A stretch of 64,000 bases of DNA from an uncultured Acidimicrobiales bacterium (GTDB lineage Bacteria; Actinomycetota; Acidimicrobiia; Acidimicrobiales; SZUA-35), in assembly GCA_963803875.1 (NCBI GenBank), contig CAWDOA010000012.1, forward strand, positions 85,033-149,032, in the 5' to 3' direction. Positions 37,960 to 48,233 of this stretch are shown piece after piece. Below the pieces are notes generated by a model, which had not been told where the DNA came from, made no database searches, and worked only from the letters and a program-made list of their open reading frames with translations. The position numbers and the translations under genes are program-made. Each line of letters begins with the position of its first letter. The stretch's first letter is position 1.

Positions 37960-38873
37960 GAAGGGACCGGTGCCCGCTTCACCAGACCGAGTCTGGCACG
38001 CACCTCCTCAGGGCCGAGGACCTGTGCCCCCATGCCTTCGATGACGCTGACAGCGCGTTCGACGAGCTGAGCATTGGTGGCGTGCACTCCCCGCTCGAGA
38101 AACAGGTTGTCCTCGAGGCCGACTCGCACGTTGCCACCGGCGAGGATCGCAGCTGCGACATAAGGCATCTGATCTCGTCCGAGCGAAAACGCCGACCACG
38201 TCCAGCTCTCGGGGATGTTGTTGACCATCGCCATGAAGGTGTTGATGTCGTTGGGGGCTCCCCATGGCACCCCCATGCAAAGTTGAACCAGGGCCGGCGA
38301 CTCCAGCACTCCCTCGTTGACGAGCTGTTTGGCAAACCAAAGATGTCCGGTATCGAATGCTTCGATCTCAGGTTTCACCCCGAGGTCAGTCATCATTTGG
38401 CCCATCGCCCGGAGCATTCCCGGAGTATTGGTCATCACGTAATCGGCTTCGGCAAAGTTCATCGTGCCGCAGTCGAGCGTGACGATCTCGGGCAAACATT
38501 GCACCGCATGCTCCATACGTTCAGTTGCACTTGCCATGTCGGTCCCTTCCGAGTCGAGTGGTAGGGGACAGTCGGCTGGGCCGAACACGATGTCGCCGCC
38601 CATTCCGGCCGTGAGATTCAGGACGACATCGACATCGGCAGCCCGAATCCGGTCAGTGACTTCCTTGTACAGGTCGACGGCTCGCGACGGCGCTCCCGTT
38701 TCCGGGTTCCGAACATGACAGTGGACAACCGCCGCACCAGCTTTGGCAGCATCGATTGCGCTGTTTGCGATCTGCTCAGGACTTCGTGGCACGTGGGGTG
38801 ACTTGTCGTGAGTGCCACCCGAACCGGTGACCGCGCACGTAATGAAGACCTCACGGTTCATGGAAAGTGGCAT
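37956..38873 (-). CDS. BKACE-family beta-keto acid cleavage enzyme (3-keto-5-aminohexanoate cleavage/DUF849)
   Basis: From the ATG at 38873 it reads MPLSMNREVFITCAVTGSGGTHDKSPHVPRSPEQIANSAIDAAKAGAAVVHCHVRNPETG. There is a 4-nt overlap with the downstream dehydrogenase. The ORF track extends it to 38924. Confidence 0.8.
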   Translation of the reverse strand: MPLSMNREVFITCAVTGSGGTHDKSPHVPRSPEQIANSAIDAAKAGAAVVHCHVRNPETGAPSRAVDLYKEVTDRIRAADVDVVLNLTAGMGGDIVFGPADCPLPLDSEGTDMASATERMEHAVQCLPEIVTLDCGTMNFAEADYVMTNTPGMLRAMGQMMTDLGVKPEIEAFDTGHLWFAKQLVNEGVLESPALVQLCMGVPWGAPNDINTFMAMVNNIPESWTWSAFSLGRDQMPYVAAAILAGGNVRVGLEDNLFLERGVHATNAQLVERAVSVIEGMGAQVLGPEEVRARLGLVKRAPVPS

Positions 38874-38973
38874 GGCCGCATTGTGGCACTCTGCTCTCGG
38901 CTTTTCACGCCTCGTAGCCTGCATCCGAAAGGGAGCGTTGGTGCTCGATCACCGCCTGGGCGACAATGAGGCA

Positions 38974-40191
38974 GTGAGTACTGCCGATCTGATCCCACCC
39001 GAAGCCGAACTCAAGAAGGTCAACGATGCGGTAGCTGATCTGCTTCGCAACCACCAGCCGTCAACAATGTCGTCCTCTGATTTCCGGGGCCACCAATACG
39101 ACTACGGACTGGCGTGGGTCCACTTCCCTGAGGGCAGGGGTGGACTTGGAGTTCGCCCCCAACTGCAAACAGAAGCTGAGTCCGCTCTGCGTGATGCGGG
39201 AGCGCCGCCGGCAGACCCGGCTCAGTTCTTCATGTATCTGGCAGGCCCCACGATTCTCACCCACGGGTCCGAAGAGGTGAAGGACCGATTCCTGAGACCA
39301 ATGTTCACCGGTGAAGAGCGCTGGTGTCAGCTCTTCAGCGAGCCGGGTGCAGGAAGCGACTTTGCCGGCTTGGGCACGCGGGCGGTTCGGGATGGTGACG
39401 AGTGGATCATCAATGGTCAGAAGGTCTGGAACACACTTGCACACCTCGCCGACTTCGGGATGCTGGTCACCCGTTCGGATCCAGATGCTCCCAAGCACAA
39501 GGGCATGACATATTTTGCTCTCGACATGAGGGCGGAGGGAGTGGAGGTGCGACCGTTGCGCCAGATCACCGGCGAAGCAGAGTTCAACGAGGTCTACATG
39601 ACTGAGGTCCGAGTGCCCGATTCTCACAGAATTGGCGATGTCGGTGAAGGGTGGCGGGCATCGCTCACCACCTTGATGAACGAGCGAGCGACGATCGGCG
39701 CCGGCAGCATCCCCAAACGCGGTTCAGGGACGATCGCCTCGCTGGTTGAAACCTGGAAACACGTTGACACTGCCCACAGAACACCGACGGCACTCGAGCA
39801 GTTGATGCGCCTCTGGGTTCGGGCCGAAGTACTCCGGCTCACGAACATCAGGGCAGCTCAGAATCGTCGCGCCGGGAATCCTGGACCGGAAGGGTCGGTA
39901 GCCAAACTGGCGTTTGCAGGCCTCAATCAAGAGATCATGAACGCTGCAGTGAGCCTCGAAGGCGCAGCAGGAATGGTTGGGTACGACTACACCTTCCGGC
40001 GACCCGAAACCCTCAGCGTTTCCGGGGCCACCGAGGGCGTGCACCATTCGTTTCTCCGGGTCCGTGCCAACAGCATCGAGGGAGGCACCAGCGAGATAAT
40101 GAAGAACATCCTGGGTGAGCAGATTCTCGGACTCCCGGGCGAGCCCCGAGTGGATAAGAACGTTCCCTGGAAGGACGTTCCGCGTTCCTGA
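38974..40191 (+). CDS. acyl-CoA dehydrogenase family protein
   Basis: Motifs are WCQLFSEPGAGSDFAGLGTRAVRDGDEWIINGQKVWNT and a C-terminal ANSIEGGTSEIMKNILGEQILGLP. The start is uncertain (GTG 38974 chosen; the ORF is open from 38812 and is divergent from the BKACE gene). Confidence 0.8.
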   Translation: MSTADLIPPEAELKKVNDAVADLLRNHQPSTMSSSDFRGHQYDYGLAWVHFPEGRGGLGVRPQLQTEAESALRDAGAPPADPAQFFMYLAGPTILTHGSEEVKDRFLRPMFTGEERWCQLFSEPGAGSDFAGLGTRAVRDGDEWIINGQKVWNTLAHLADFGMLVTRSDPDAPKHKGMTYFALDMRAEGVEVRPLRQITGEAEFNEVYMTEVRVPDSHRIGDVGEGWRASLTTLMNERATIGAGSIPKRGSGTIASLVETWKHVDTAHRTPTALEQLMRLWVRAEVLRLTNIRAAQNRRAGNPGPEGSVAKLAFAGLNQEIMNAAVSLEGAAGMVGYDYTFRRPETLSVSGATEGVHHSFLRVRANSIEGGTSEIMKNILGEQILGLPGEPRVDKNVPWKDVPRS

Positions 40192-40403
40192 CGAGTGTTT
40201 GGGAGCAACAGCTGGAGCAAGAAACATAGGCCGGTCGATTTGGCAACCGCGTGAACCACCTGTCATTTCGGTCTCGATCGAGGGGCCAAATCTCGAGTGT
40301 CACATCTGCAGCACCTCCTGAGAGTCCTGGCGTACCACTTCCAACGGGTTCTATAGTGGTTCTCGTTCGCAGGGGGCTACGGGCATGAAGCGAGGAGATC
40401 GCT

Positions 40404-40658
40404 GTGCCCAATCCCGAAACACGGACAAGCCGAACCGATGGTGCCCCTCGGGCTGCGACCAGGGGCGGCTACAAAGCTCGGAACCTGGCAACCCTCATGG
40501 TGACCTCGCTCGCCATACTCCTGCTGTTCGGAGAACGCAGTGACCATGCGGCAACGGTCGCATATGCGGAGGGCGGCGGTTCGATTCCTATAGCGCCCGT
40601 GCTGGCCGGCTTCTTGTGGATAGCTGCACTCGAAACAATCCGGAAGCTGACCACCTGA
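40404..40658 (+). CDS. hypothetical small membrane protein
   Basis: 84-aa ORF. Its GTG is preceded by GAGGAG at the right spacing. It has two hydrophobic segments (LATLMVTSLAILLLF, IAPVLAGFLWIAAL). No family recognised. Confidence 0.35.
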   Translation: MPNPETRTSRTDGAPRAATRGGYKARNLATLMVTSLAILLLFGERSDHAATVAYAEGGGSIPIAPVLAGFLWIAALETIRKLTT

Positions 40659-40740
40659 CCGCCGAACCCTAGAGGCAGGGGATCTGCCCATGTAGCACCG
40701 GTTCAGCCTCCTTTACCTTCGAGTTGGTGGAGGTGAGAGT

Positions 40741-41355
40741 GTGATTCTGTTGGAAGCGGCGACCTCCCGGGTTGCCAACGTCCTTGCACCACTGGGAATC
40801 TCGTGCGCCCCGGAACGATCACTCAAGGAGAGCGCTACTCAGATCAAACAACTCGCCGTCAACCTCGATCCGATCCGCCTCCCGGCTGACCTTCGGGACT
40901 TCTGGGTCTGGTGGGCACCGGAACGATTCGTCCGGCCCGCCTTCGATGGATTCCTCACGCCCAGCGAGGCGATCGCATGCCGAGAAGGGATGCTCGATAT
41001 CGGGTTTCCCTCGATGCTGATTCCTGTCGCGAAGTACGGCAAGGGCATGATCTGGACTGAGCTCCAATCATCGGATCATCCGGGCTCGCGCATCTACTTC
41101 GGCAGTTACGCCGAACCGGACCTGAGGCTCTGGACTGTAGGTATGTCAGGCCTCTTCGAAGTCCTTGCCGATGCCCTCGAAAGCGGTTCGATCATCACGT
41201 GGTCGCCATCTGAATTCCGACTGGACCCGGCGGGCCTACAGTCGGCGCTCAACGCCCGCCATGACGAGATGGATTGGCCCCAGACGCAATGGTCCATCCC
41301 GATTTCCGACCAGACCAAGTGGCCTCCGCACTGGAAGGCCGCCGCAGCCAACTGA
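40741..41355 (+). CDS. hypothetical protein, weak SMI1/KNR4 (SUKH)-like resemblance
   Basis: 204-aa ORF with a GTG preceded by GGAGGTGAGA. The pattern LPADLRDFWVWW...MLIPVAKYGKGMIWTEL is reminiscent of SUKH-type proteins, but only loosely. Confidence 0.45.
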   Translation: MILLEAATSRVANVLAPLGISCAPERSLKESATQIKQLAVNLDPIRLPADLRDFWVWWAPERFVRPAFDGFLTPSEAIACREGMLDIGFPSMLIPVAKYGKGMIWTELQSSDHPGSRIYFGSYAEPDLRLWTVGMSGLFEVLADALESGSIITWSPSEFRLDPAGLQSALNARHDEMDWPQTQWSIPISDQTKWPPHWKAAAAN

Positions 41356-41399
41356 ACCCGTGGAGTTGGTTTAAGTTTGCAACCAACTAAGATCCCCTG

Positions 41400-41849
41400 G
41401 TGTCCGATTCGCCGAGCGCATGTTCAATCGCAGCGACTTTGGGCGTGATCGGTGACCGATGGACAATGCTGATCCTGCGAGAAGTGTTCCGCGGCCACCA
41501 CCGATTCAGCGAGATCTGTACCCAGCTGGGAATAGCCAAGAATCTCCTCTCTGACCGGCTCGCACAACTGGTCGAGGCGGGAGTCCTGGAACGCGTCCCG
41601 TATCAGAATCGACCCGTACGATCTGAGTATCGGCTCACCACCAAGGGAGCCGATTTGTCGGCTGCGCTCATCGCCCTCATGAAGTGGGGCGACCGCTGGT
41701 ATGCCGACGATGCGCCGCCGACTGTGCTTGTCCACCGGGCGTGCGGCACTCCGGTTGAGCTCGACGTGTCATGCCCAACCTGCAACATCGTCGTCCCGCC
41801 CGGTCAGGTGCAGAACCAGGCCAACGCCACGAAAGTCGAGGCCAACTAG
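41400..41849 (+). CDS. HxlR-family transcriptional regulator
   Basis: Reads CSIAATLGVIGDRWTMLILREVFRGHHRFSEICTQLGIAKNLLSDRLAQLVEAGVLERVPYQNRPVRSEYRLTTKG. Confidence 0.85.
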   Translation: MSDSPSACSIAATLGVIGDRWTMLILREVFRGHHRFSEICTQLGIAKNLLSDRLAQLVEAGVLERVPYQNRPVRSEYRLTTKGADLSAALIALMKWGDRWYADDAPPTVLVHRACGTPVELDVSCPTCNIVVPPGQVQNQANATKVEAN

Positions 41850-44230
41850 GTGCCGAGAATGACCGAGTTAACCACGAGCAACCCGTCCTTGGCCGGGCTT
41901 TCAACTTCTGATCTTCTGCGGGCAGCGTCTGGAATCAGAGACATCCACCACGGTCGGCGAGTGACCTTCTCGCCCAAGGTCTTCATTCCGCTCACGAAGT
42001 TGTGCCGGGACCAGTGCGGCTACTGCACCTTCGCCCAACCTCCGGCTCGACTCGAGCACCCGTTCCTCGAACCAGCGGAGGTGTCTCGCGATCGCAAGAC
42101 AGGGGGCGAGAGCGGGCTGCCACGAAGCGCTGTTCACCCTCGGCGAACGACCCGAACTCCGCTATCCGGCCGCCCGGAACTGGCTGACACAGCACGGCTA
42201 CGACTCCACGGTTCACTACCTGGCCGCGATGGCCGAACATGGTGCTCGAAGACGACCGGCCTGCTCCCCCACGCCAACGCCGGGGCTCTGTCGTCGGAGG
42301 AGTTGGAACTCCTGAGATCCGTTGCAACCAGCCAGGGGATGATGATCGAGTCGCTCCGTGACGACCTGCAGGCCCATCAAACGCCCCCGACAAGGAACCG
42401 GCCAGACGACTGGCCACGCTCGGAGGCCGCAGGCCAGCTGGCGATACCATTCACTACCGGAATCCTGGTCGGGATAGGCGAAGACGAGGTCGACCGGATC
42501 ACCGCACTCGAGGCCATCGCAGCGTCCCACCAACGTCACAGCCACATTCAGGAAGTCATCGTCCAGAACTTCCTCCCCAAACCCGGGCACCAGCATGTGG
42601 AAACACGATGCCTGCCCTTCCGATGACTTCCTCCGGGCGATCGCACTGGCACGCATCATCCTTCCGCCCGAAATACACCTTCAGGCCCCGCCCAACCTCA
42701 GCGACGACTTCGGCCGGCTGCTCGCCGCCGGCATCGACGACTGGGGCGGCGTTTCACCGATGACCGCGGACCACGTCAACCCCGAACGACCCTGGCCGTC
42801 GTTGACCGGATCCGCGAGGTCACCGAAGGTGCCGGCTTCGTTCTCGCCCCACGTCTGACGGTCTACCCCGAGTTCGTTCTTGAACCCGAACGCTGGCTGC
42901 ACCCAAACCTCCGATTCCCGGTGATGGACAGGTCCGACGCCGAAGGGTCTTGGCCGCGACGACCCCGGCGCCGTCTTCCCCGAAAAGGCGGAGTTCATCA
43001 CCGAGCGATACCGACACCGACGGCGCCGAGGTGGTCCTGACCGGCGAACGCTCGACCCAGTGGTACAGCGGTAGCTCCCGACCGAACCGCCGCATCTCGT
43101 CGGCGGTCGGCCCCGATCCCATCGGTCCGGTCACCGACGTGCTCAGAGGTATCGACGCCGGCGACACACCTGGCTTCGACGAACTCCTGACCCTGATGCG
43201 AGTCCACGGGGTCCCGAGGTGGCCGCTGTCGCTGCGAGCTGCGGACCGACTTCGTCACCAACTCGTGGGCGATGCGGTGACGTTCGTGAAGAATCGCAAC
43301 ATCAACTACACCAACGTGTGCACGTTCAAGTGCCGGTTCTGCGGGTTCTCCAAAGGGCCCCCTGAGCCTCAATCTCCGGGGCACCCCATACCTGCTCACC
43401 CTCGAGCAGATGCAGGAGCGCGTGGTCGAAGCCGTCGAGTCAGGGCGCGACCGAGGTCTGCCTCCAGGGCGGTATCCACCCGGACTTCGATGGCAACTAC
43501 TACATCGACGTGACCAAGGCGGTGCGAGAGGTCGCCCCGGACATCCACATCCACGGCTTCACGGCGTTGGAGGTCACCGAGGGGGCCAGGCGCCTGAACG
43601 AACCCCTCGACAGCTATCTGACACGGTTGATGGAGGCGGGACAGAAGTCGCTGCCGGGCACGGCCGCGGAGATCCTCGACGACTCGGTGAGGGAGATCCT
43701 GTGTCCCGGACAAGATCACCACCGAGGAATGGCTGGAAGCGCACCGTACGGCACACAAGGTCGGTTTGCACAGCAACGTCACGATGATGTTCGGTGCCGT
43801 GGAGCAACCGGCGAGTTGGGTGCAGGCATCTGCTGTCTCACTCGCGATCTGCAGGAGGAGACCGGGGGCTTCACCGAGTTCGTCGGCCTGCCCTACGTTC
43901 ACATGGCGGCGCCGCTGTACCTGAAGAAGATGGCTCGCCGGGGTCCGACGTTCCGGGAAACACTGCTCGTCCACGCCGTTGCTCGGCTGGCCTACGGCCC
44001 GCTCGATCAGCAATATCCAGGCGAGCTGGGTCAAGATCGGCCTCGACGGGGTGCGGCAGATGCTGCAGGCCGGCTGCAACGATCTCGGCGGAACACTGAT
44101 GAACGAGAACATCAGCCGAGCCGCCGGTGCCGCGCACGGCCAGCACCTGTCCGCCGACGACTTTGCTGCCTTGGTCGAGCCGCTCGGCCGAACGTTGGTG
44201 CAACGAACCACCGGATATCAGGTGGTCTGA
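41850..44230 (+). pseudogene. fbiC: FO synthase FbiC (CofG+CofH fusion), reading frame broken about 15-17 times
   Basis: A colinear FbiC sequence can be read only by hopping frames. The pieces include [20 protein letters not shown] (radical SAM 1, 42003-42026), [58 protein letters not shown] and [33 protein letters not shown]. They continue with [30 protein letters not shown] (radical SAM 2, 43319-43342), ATEVCLQGGIHPD, LPGTAAEILDD, TGGFTEFV and IQASWVKIG...GCNDLGGTLMNENISRAAG...RTTGY. Confidence 0.85.
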
Positions 44231-44237
44231 CAGGCCG

Positions 44238-45927
44238 CTACTGATAGGTGACGACGACCGGGAGCGGCTCGACGGCGTTCACCTGTCCCGGGTTGGCGGT
44301 TGGGAAGTCTTCGTGAATGAAGTTCTTCCACCCCCACCACAACGTCTGATCCGGCGATGTGGGGACGTTGAGCATCGCGTCCCACGTGCCGTACTTCGAA
44401 CCCAGAGATCCCTGTCCGTCGACATGGACGACGACGGCGATTTCCGGCGGCGTCTTCACATTCTCTCGGTCCGGCAGCATTCGTTTCTGAAACTGATGGA
44501 GAACGAGCACCTTCTGCGGAAGCGTCTCCTGGTGCACGAGCCCTGTGAGATAGTCGACGACTGCGTTGATCTCCTCGGCGCTCACCGATCCAATCTGGCG
44601 CAAGTGCCGCTGGTCAGGCTCGAGTCGCCACTCGGGGTCCAGCGCAAGACCGACGTTGGGTAGCCGTAGAAACTCCTCGTAGAGCTTGGCTTGGGTCACG
44701 AAGTCAGTTCGGCCCGGTTGCAGATCCAGGATCACGGATACGTCGTTCGCACGTGCGGCATCGACCCAGGGACGGATCATGTCGACGTCGGTTTCGTTGC
44801 TGTAGTTTCCGTCATCTCCTGCTCGATTCGACGCAACGGTTGCGATGATCTCGAAGCCGGGCTGGAGCGGGCGGAAGACCCTCGGCGTCGTAGAGTGCCG
44901 CTCGTTCGGTGACCCTCTCGACGGCCCGTTCAGGGTCTGTCTCTCCGAGGATGCCGAGTCGGAATGTCAGCGGGTTCCCGTAATACGCCACGATCCGACG
45001 GTCGGGGAAGACCGTTGTGCCACCGCCGAACAGCTCGGCGTCGGACCCAGCGAGGGCGACCTGCCACTCCTCGGTAGCGGTGAGCGGATCGCCACCGGTG
45101 AAAACATCGGTCCGACCGCCGAGGAGGGCGCGGACGCTGTCGACGTCGTTCAGATCCGTGACCACAACCTCACCGCCACCGGCGGTGATCGCAGGAAGGG
45201 TGAGGTATGCAGCCACGAGTGAGTCGGGCCGGTACAGAACAACCGGACCATCTTCGCTGGGGGCCCGTGTCGACGGAGGCGGATCGAAGCGGGGTGGCGC
45301 AGCGGTGGAAGTCGTCGTCACGTCGGTTGTCAAAGCTGTCGTCGAGGTCGTTGACGAGTCGACCACCGCCGTGCTGGTGGGCGAGATGTCAGATGAAGTG
45401 GTGGTCGGTTCCGATGCGGAGTCTTCCGGGGCCGAGACGGTGGTGACGACAGCCGTTGTGGAAGGTACCGGCTCGGACCTCACGGAATCCCCGAGCCCTG
45501 AGCTGAGCGTGGGATCAACTCCGATGGCGATCACGTCGGTGACACCGAGACGCTCGAGTTCGGCGACTATCTCGTTCCGGTCGGTAGGCGATCTCAGCTG
45601 CAAGAGTGGAGTGTTCTGCCGCACGGCTGTCTCGGAAGCGAATCGGACCGTCGTCAGGTCATCACCCTGCACGACCACAGCAGTCGGCATGCAGGAGTAC
45701 ACCTTCTGAGACAGCGCTACCAGGCCGCGTGGGGTGGCATCGGGCGCCTCGTCGAGGCTCAGAGGGGTGATCTCGGGCTCGCACGGCTGGGTGGTAGTGG
45801 TCCCTTGCACCTCAACCGCGTTGCGATCCGCAGTCGGGCGTGGGGAAGAGCCTTCGGCTCCGGGCGTGCACGCGGCAAGGGCCAGAACCAGGAACACACC
45901 GACCGGACCCGCTGATCTCATCCCCAA
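44238..45927 (-). pseudogene. putative secreted lipoprotein with conserved C-terminal domain of unknown function; frameshifted
   Basis: ORF 44812-45927 has a lipobox-like N-terminus (VFLVLALAACTPG) and a Thr/Ser-rich linker. The sequence continues in ORF 44238-44780 after a +1 shift at about 44875-44885 (…AALYDAE/VFRPLQPGFEIIATVAS…DMIRPWVDAARANDVSVILDLQPGRTDF…GLALDPEWR). Confidence 0.6.
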
Positions 45928-45970
45928 AGCCTGCTACACCGGATCAGACTGTTGGCGGACCCACCGAGGT

Positions 45971-47089
45971 TCACATCGGTTCGGTGAGATCGTCGGGGTC
46001 GGGACCGACGTCGTGGACCAGGCCGCGACGAGCGGGCGCGTCCTCGGTTGTGACGAGATCGTTGATCCTCCGAATCATCGCATGCAGACGGGCGAAGCTG
46101 CGGTTGTTGAATCGGACCAAGAGCCGTGGGAGCAAGACATGATCCTCGTCACGCAGTTCGGCTGGAGTCGGTCCGCCTCGGCGCAACTGGTCTGACACAA
46201 AGATGTCGCCGAATTCGTTGTTGAGGATCGCAAGTGACTCGTCGGAGATTTCTGTGTTCAGCCGAATGACCAGCTTCTTGCCTACATAACGGATCGAGTG
46301 ATACGTGGTGTAGAAATGACATACATATCTCGCCGCTTCAGCCGGGTCATGGGTGTGAAAGTACAGGCCGGTATCCGCCGGGCCGATGTTCCCGCTAGCG
46401 CCCAGCTCGGTCTCCACGAACTGCTTGAAACTGTTCCAGTAGGTAGACCCCTCCGAATCGAGCAACACGATGGGCGCCGGGTACGACTTGCCAGTCTGCA
46501 CGAGCGTCAGCAGTTCAAAAGTCTCATCGAGTGTTCCGAAGCCGCCCGGCATCAGCACGAACGCATCGCTTTCTTTCATGAAATAGAGCTTGCGGGTGAA
46601 GAAGTACTTGAAGGTTGCGAGTTTCGGGTCGTTGGCGATGATGTCTGAGGCGTCGGCTTCGAAGGGCAACACGATGTTGACCCCGTAGCTGTTCGTGACG
46701 CCGGCTCCCTCGATCGCTGCTGTCATCACCCCCGGCCCGGCTCCCGAAATGATCATCCACTCACGCTCAACGATCATTCGACAGAACTCGGTTGCAAGCC
46801 GGTAGTCAGCTGAGTCAGATGTTGTGCGAGCCGACCCGAACACCGTGCACTTCGCCCGCTCAGGATCTTGGCCGAACACCTTCGAACCGTTCAACATCTC
46901 AGCTAGCGCTTGCGACGCGATCTTCAGCTCGAGTCGCGAGAGTTTGGCGGCGTCCATGTCGAGAGCGGTGGTTATGAGCCGACGAATGATGTCGTCGTTC
47001 TTATCCTCACCGATCAGCCTGATCACCTGGGTAACCAAGCGGTCGATCGAAGCCTCGCCGTACAGATTGCGGGGTTTGGGAGCGGTCAC
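45971..47089 (-). CDS. LOG-family (TIGR00730 / PpnN-like) nucleotide phosphoribohydrolase with extra N- and C-terminal regions
   Basis: 372-aa ORF with the core VFGSARTT...ISGAGPGVMTAAIEGA...PGGFGTLDETFELLTLVQTGK..PIVLLD, matching the LOG/'lysine decarboxylase-like' PGGxGTxxE motif. Confidence 0.8.
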   Translation of the reverse strand: MTAPKPRNLYGEASIDRLVTQVIRLIGEDKNDDIIRRLITTALDMDAAKLSRLELKIASQALAEMLNGSKVFGQDPERAKCTVFGSARTTSDSADYRLATEFCRMIVEREWMIISGAGPGVMTAAIEGAGVTNSYGVNIVLPFEADASDIIANDPKLATFKYFFTRKLYFMKESDAFVLMPGGFGTLDETFELLTLVQTGKSYPAPIVLLDSEGSTYWNSFKQFVETELGASGNIGPADTGLYFHTHDPAEAARYVCHFYTTYHSIRYVGKKLVIRLNTEISDESLAILNNEFGDIFVSDQLRRGGPTPAELRDEDHVLLPRLLVRFNNRSFARLHAMIRRINDLVTTEDAPARRGLVHDVGPDPDDLTEPM

Positions 47090-47141
47090 GAATGGAACGT
47101 TACCCGCGCTCGGGCGGGTCGGTGAGCTGTATTCTTCCTCG

Positions 47142-47969
47142 GTGACTTCCCTTCACGATGCGGTGCACCATGGGCACCCCGATATCACTCCTCCTGGAGA
47201 GGTCCCCGACCCCGACGGTCACCGATGGGTCGCTATCAGCGACGATGACGGTGATGTTTGGATGTTCGACGTCACCCACCTCCTCAGCCGCTATCACTGC
47301 ATCTACGGTCAGGGCTGCCCAGGTATCGACGTCGAACCCGATCACACCGAAACGCTCGGCTGCTGCGTTCATGGTGCGCATTTTGTCGACGCCGACGACA
47401 TGAAGCACACGTTCAGGCACGTCAAACGTCTGAGCGATACCGATTGGCAGTTCAAACCCATCGCTACGGCCAACATGCGGGGCAAAGGCAAGAAACGTAC
47501 CGAGCACGGCGCGTTCGTCAAGCTCGAGTCCGGCGAGTGGACCACACGAGTTCACAAAGACGCATGCATCTTCCTCAACCGCCACGACCATCCGGGCGGT
47601 GCTGGTTGCGCTCTTCATTCAGCAGCGCTGCGAGCCGGGGAACGTCCCATGGACTGGAAGCCCGACGTCTGCTGGCAAGTTCCGCTTCGAATGGAAGTGC
47701 ACACCGACGACAACGAACGGGACACGGTATTCATTCGCGGCTGGGAGCGTCATGATTGGGGGGCCGGTGGAGCCGACTTCCACTGGTGGTGCCAAGAAGA
47801 GCCCGAAGCGTATACGGCGCCTGAACCGGTCTACGTCACCTCGAAGGACGAGCTCATCGGTTTCGTCGGAGAAGACATCTATCACGCGCTGGCGGAAGAA
47901 CTCGACCAAATCCGTACCCAGACCGTCACTCCGGTCAGGATCGGCGGGGCCGAAGATGACCATGAGTGA
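47142..47969 (+). CDS. conserved Cys-rich hypothetical protein
   Basis: From the GTG at 47142 it reads ...HRWVAISDDDGDVWMFDVTHLLSRYHCIYGQGCPGI...GCCVHGAHF...ACIFLN...GGAGCALH...KPDVCWQVP. This looks like several Cys clusters suited to metal or Fe-S binding. The ORF-track start at 46824 is antisense to the LOG gene and is rejected. Confidence 0.55.
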   Translation: MTSLHDAVHHGHPDITPPGEVPDPDGHRWVAISDDDGDVWMFDVTHLLSRYHCIYGQGCPGIDVEPDHTETLGCCVHGAHFVDADDMKHTFRHVKRLSDTDWQFKPIATANMRGKGKKRTEHGAFVKLESGEWTTRVHKDACIFLNRHDHPGGAGCALHSAALRAGERPMDWKPDVCWQVPLRMEVHTDDNERDTVFIRGWERHDWGAGGADFHWWCQEEPEAYTAPEPVYVTSKDELIGFVGEDIYHALAEELDQIRTQTVTPVRIGGAEDDHE

Positions 47970-48174
47970 GGACTGGCAACAACCGTACCGAGACCGCGCC
48001 TGCGAACTGGGAACAGAACTCGCCGGCTTCGTCAACACGCTGAACGAAGTGATTGTCGATCATCTGCGAATGGCGGTTGAAAACGAGGTGGTCGGCCGAC
48101 CGCAGCTGGACAAAGATCTCCAGGCTGCCAGACGTTCGATCGAAAAGGCCATCCGACTGCTCGACGGCCACTAG
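47956..48174 (+). CDS. small helical hypothetical protein
   Basis: 72-aa ORF (MTMSEDWQQPYRDRACELGTELAGFVNTLNEVIVDHLRMAVENE...). Its ATG overlaps the upstream stop by 14 nt. Confidence 0.4.
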   Translation: MTMSEDWQQPYRDRACELGTELAGFVNTLNEVIVDHLRMAVENEVVGRPQLDKDLQAARRSIEKAIRLLDGH

Positions 48175-48233
48175 TCGAGCCCGATCACGGTGACAATCGG
48201 CGCTAAACCGTTGGCGCGATTGCGCCGAAGTCC

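Noticed and set aside
40577-40587. GGTTCGATTCC, a tRNA T-arm-like string in the 40.2-40.7 kb low-coding region
   Set aside because: The flanking bases cannot form the 5-bp T-stem (GGCGG versus CCTAT). No acceptor, D or anticodon arms can be drawn. The string lies inside a plausible small ORF with a good Shine-Dalgarno.
41850-44230. Programmed ribosomal frameshifting or transcriptional slippage as an explanation for the many frame changes.
   Set aside because: The junction contexts are heterogeneous: some are homopolymers, while many are not, such as GAGGTG-T-CTC. I saw no shared slippery heptamer or downstream structure. About 17 recoding events in one gene has no precedent. Indel error or decay is the more parsimonious explanation.
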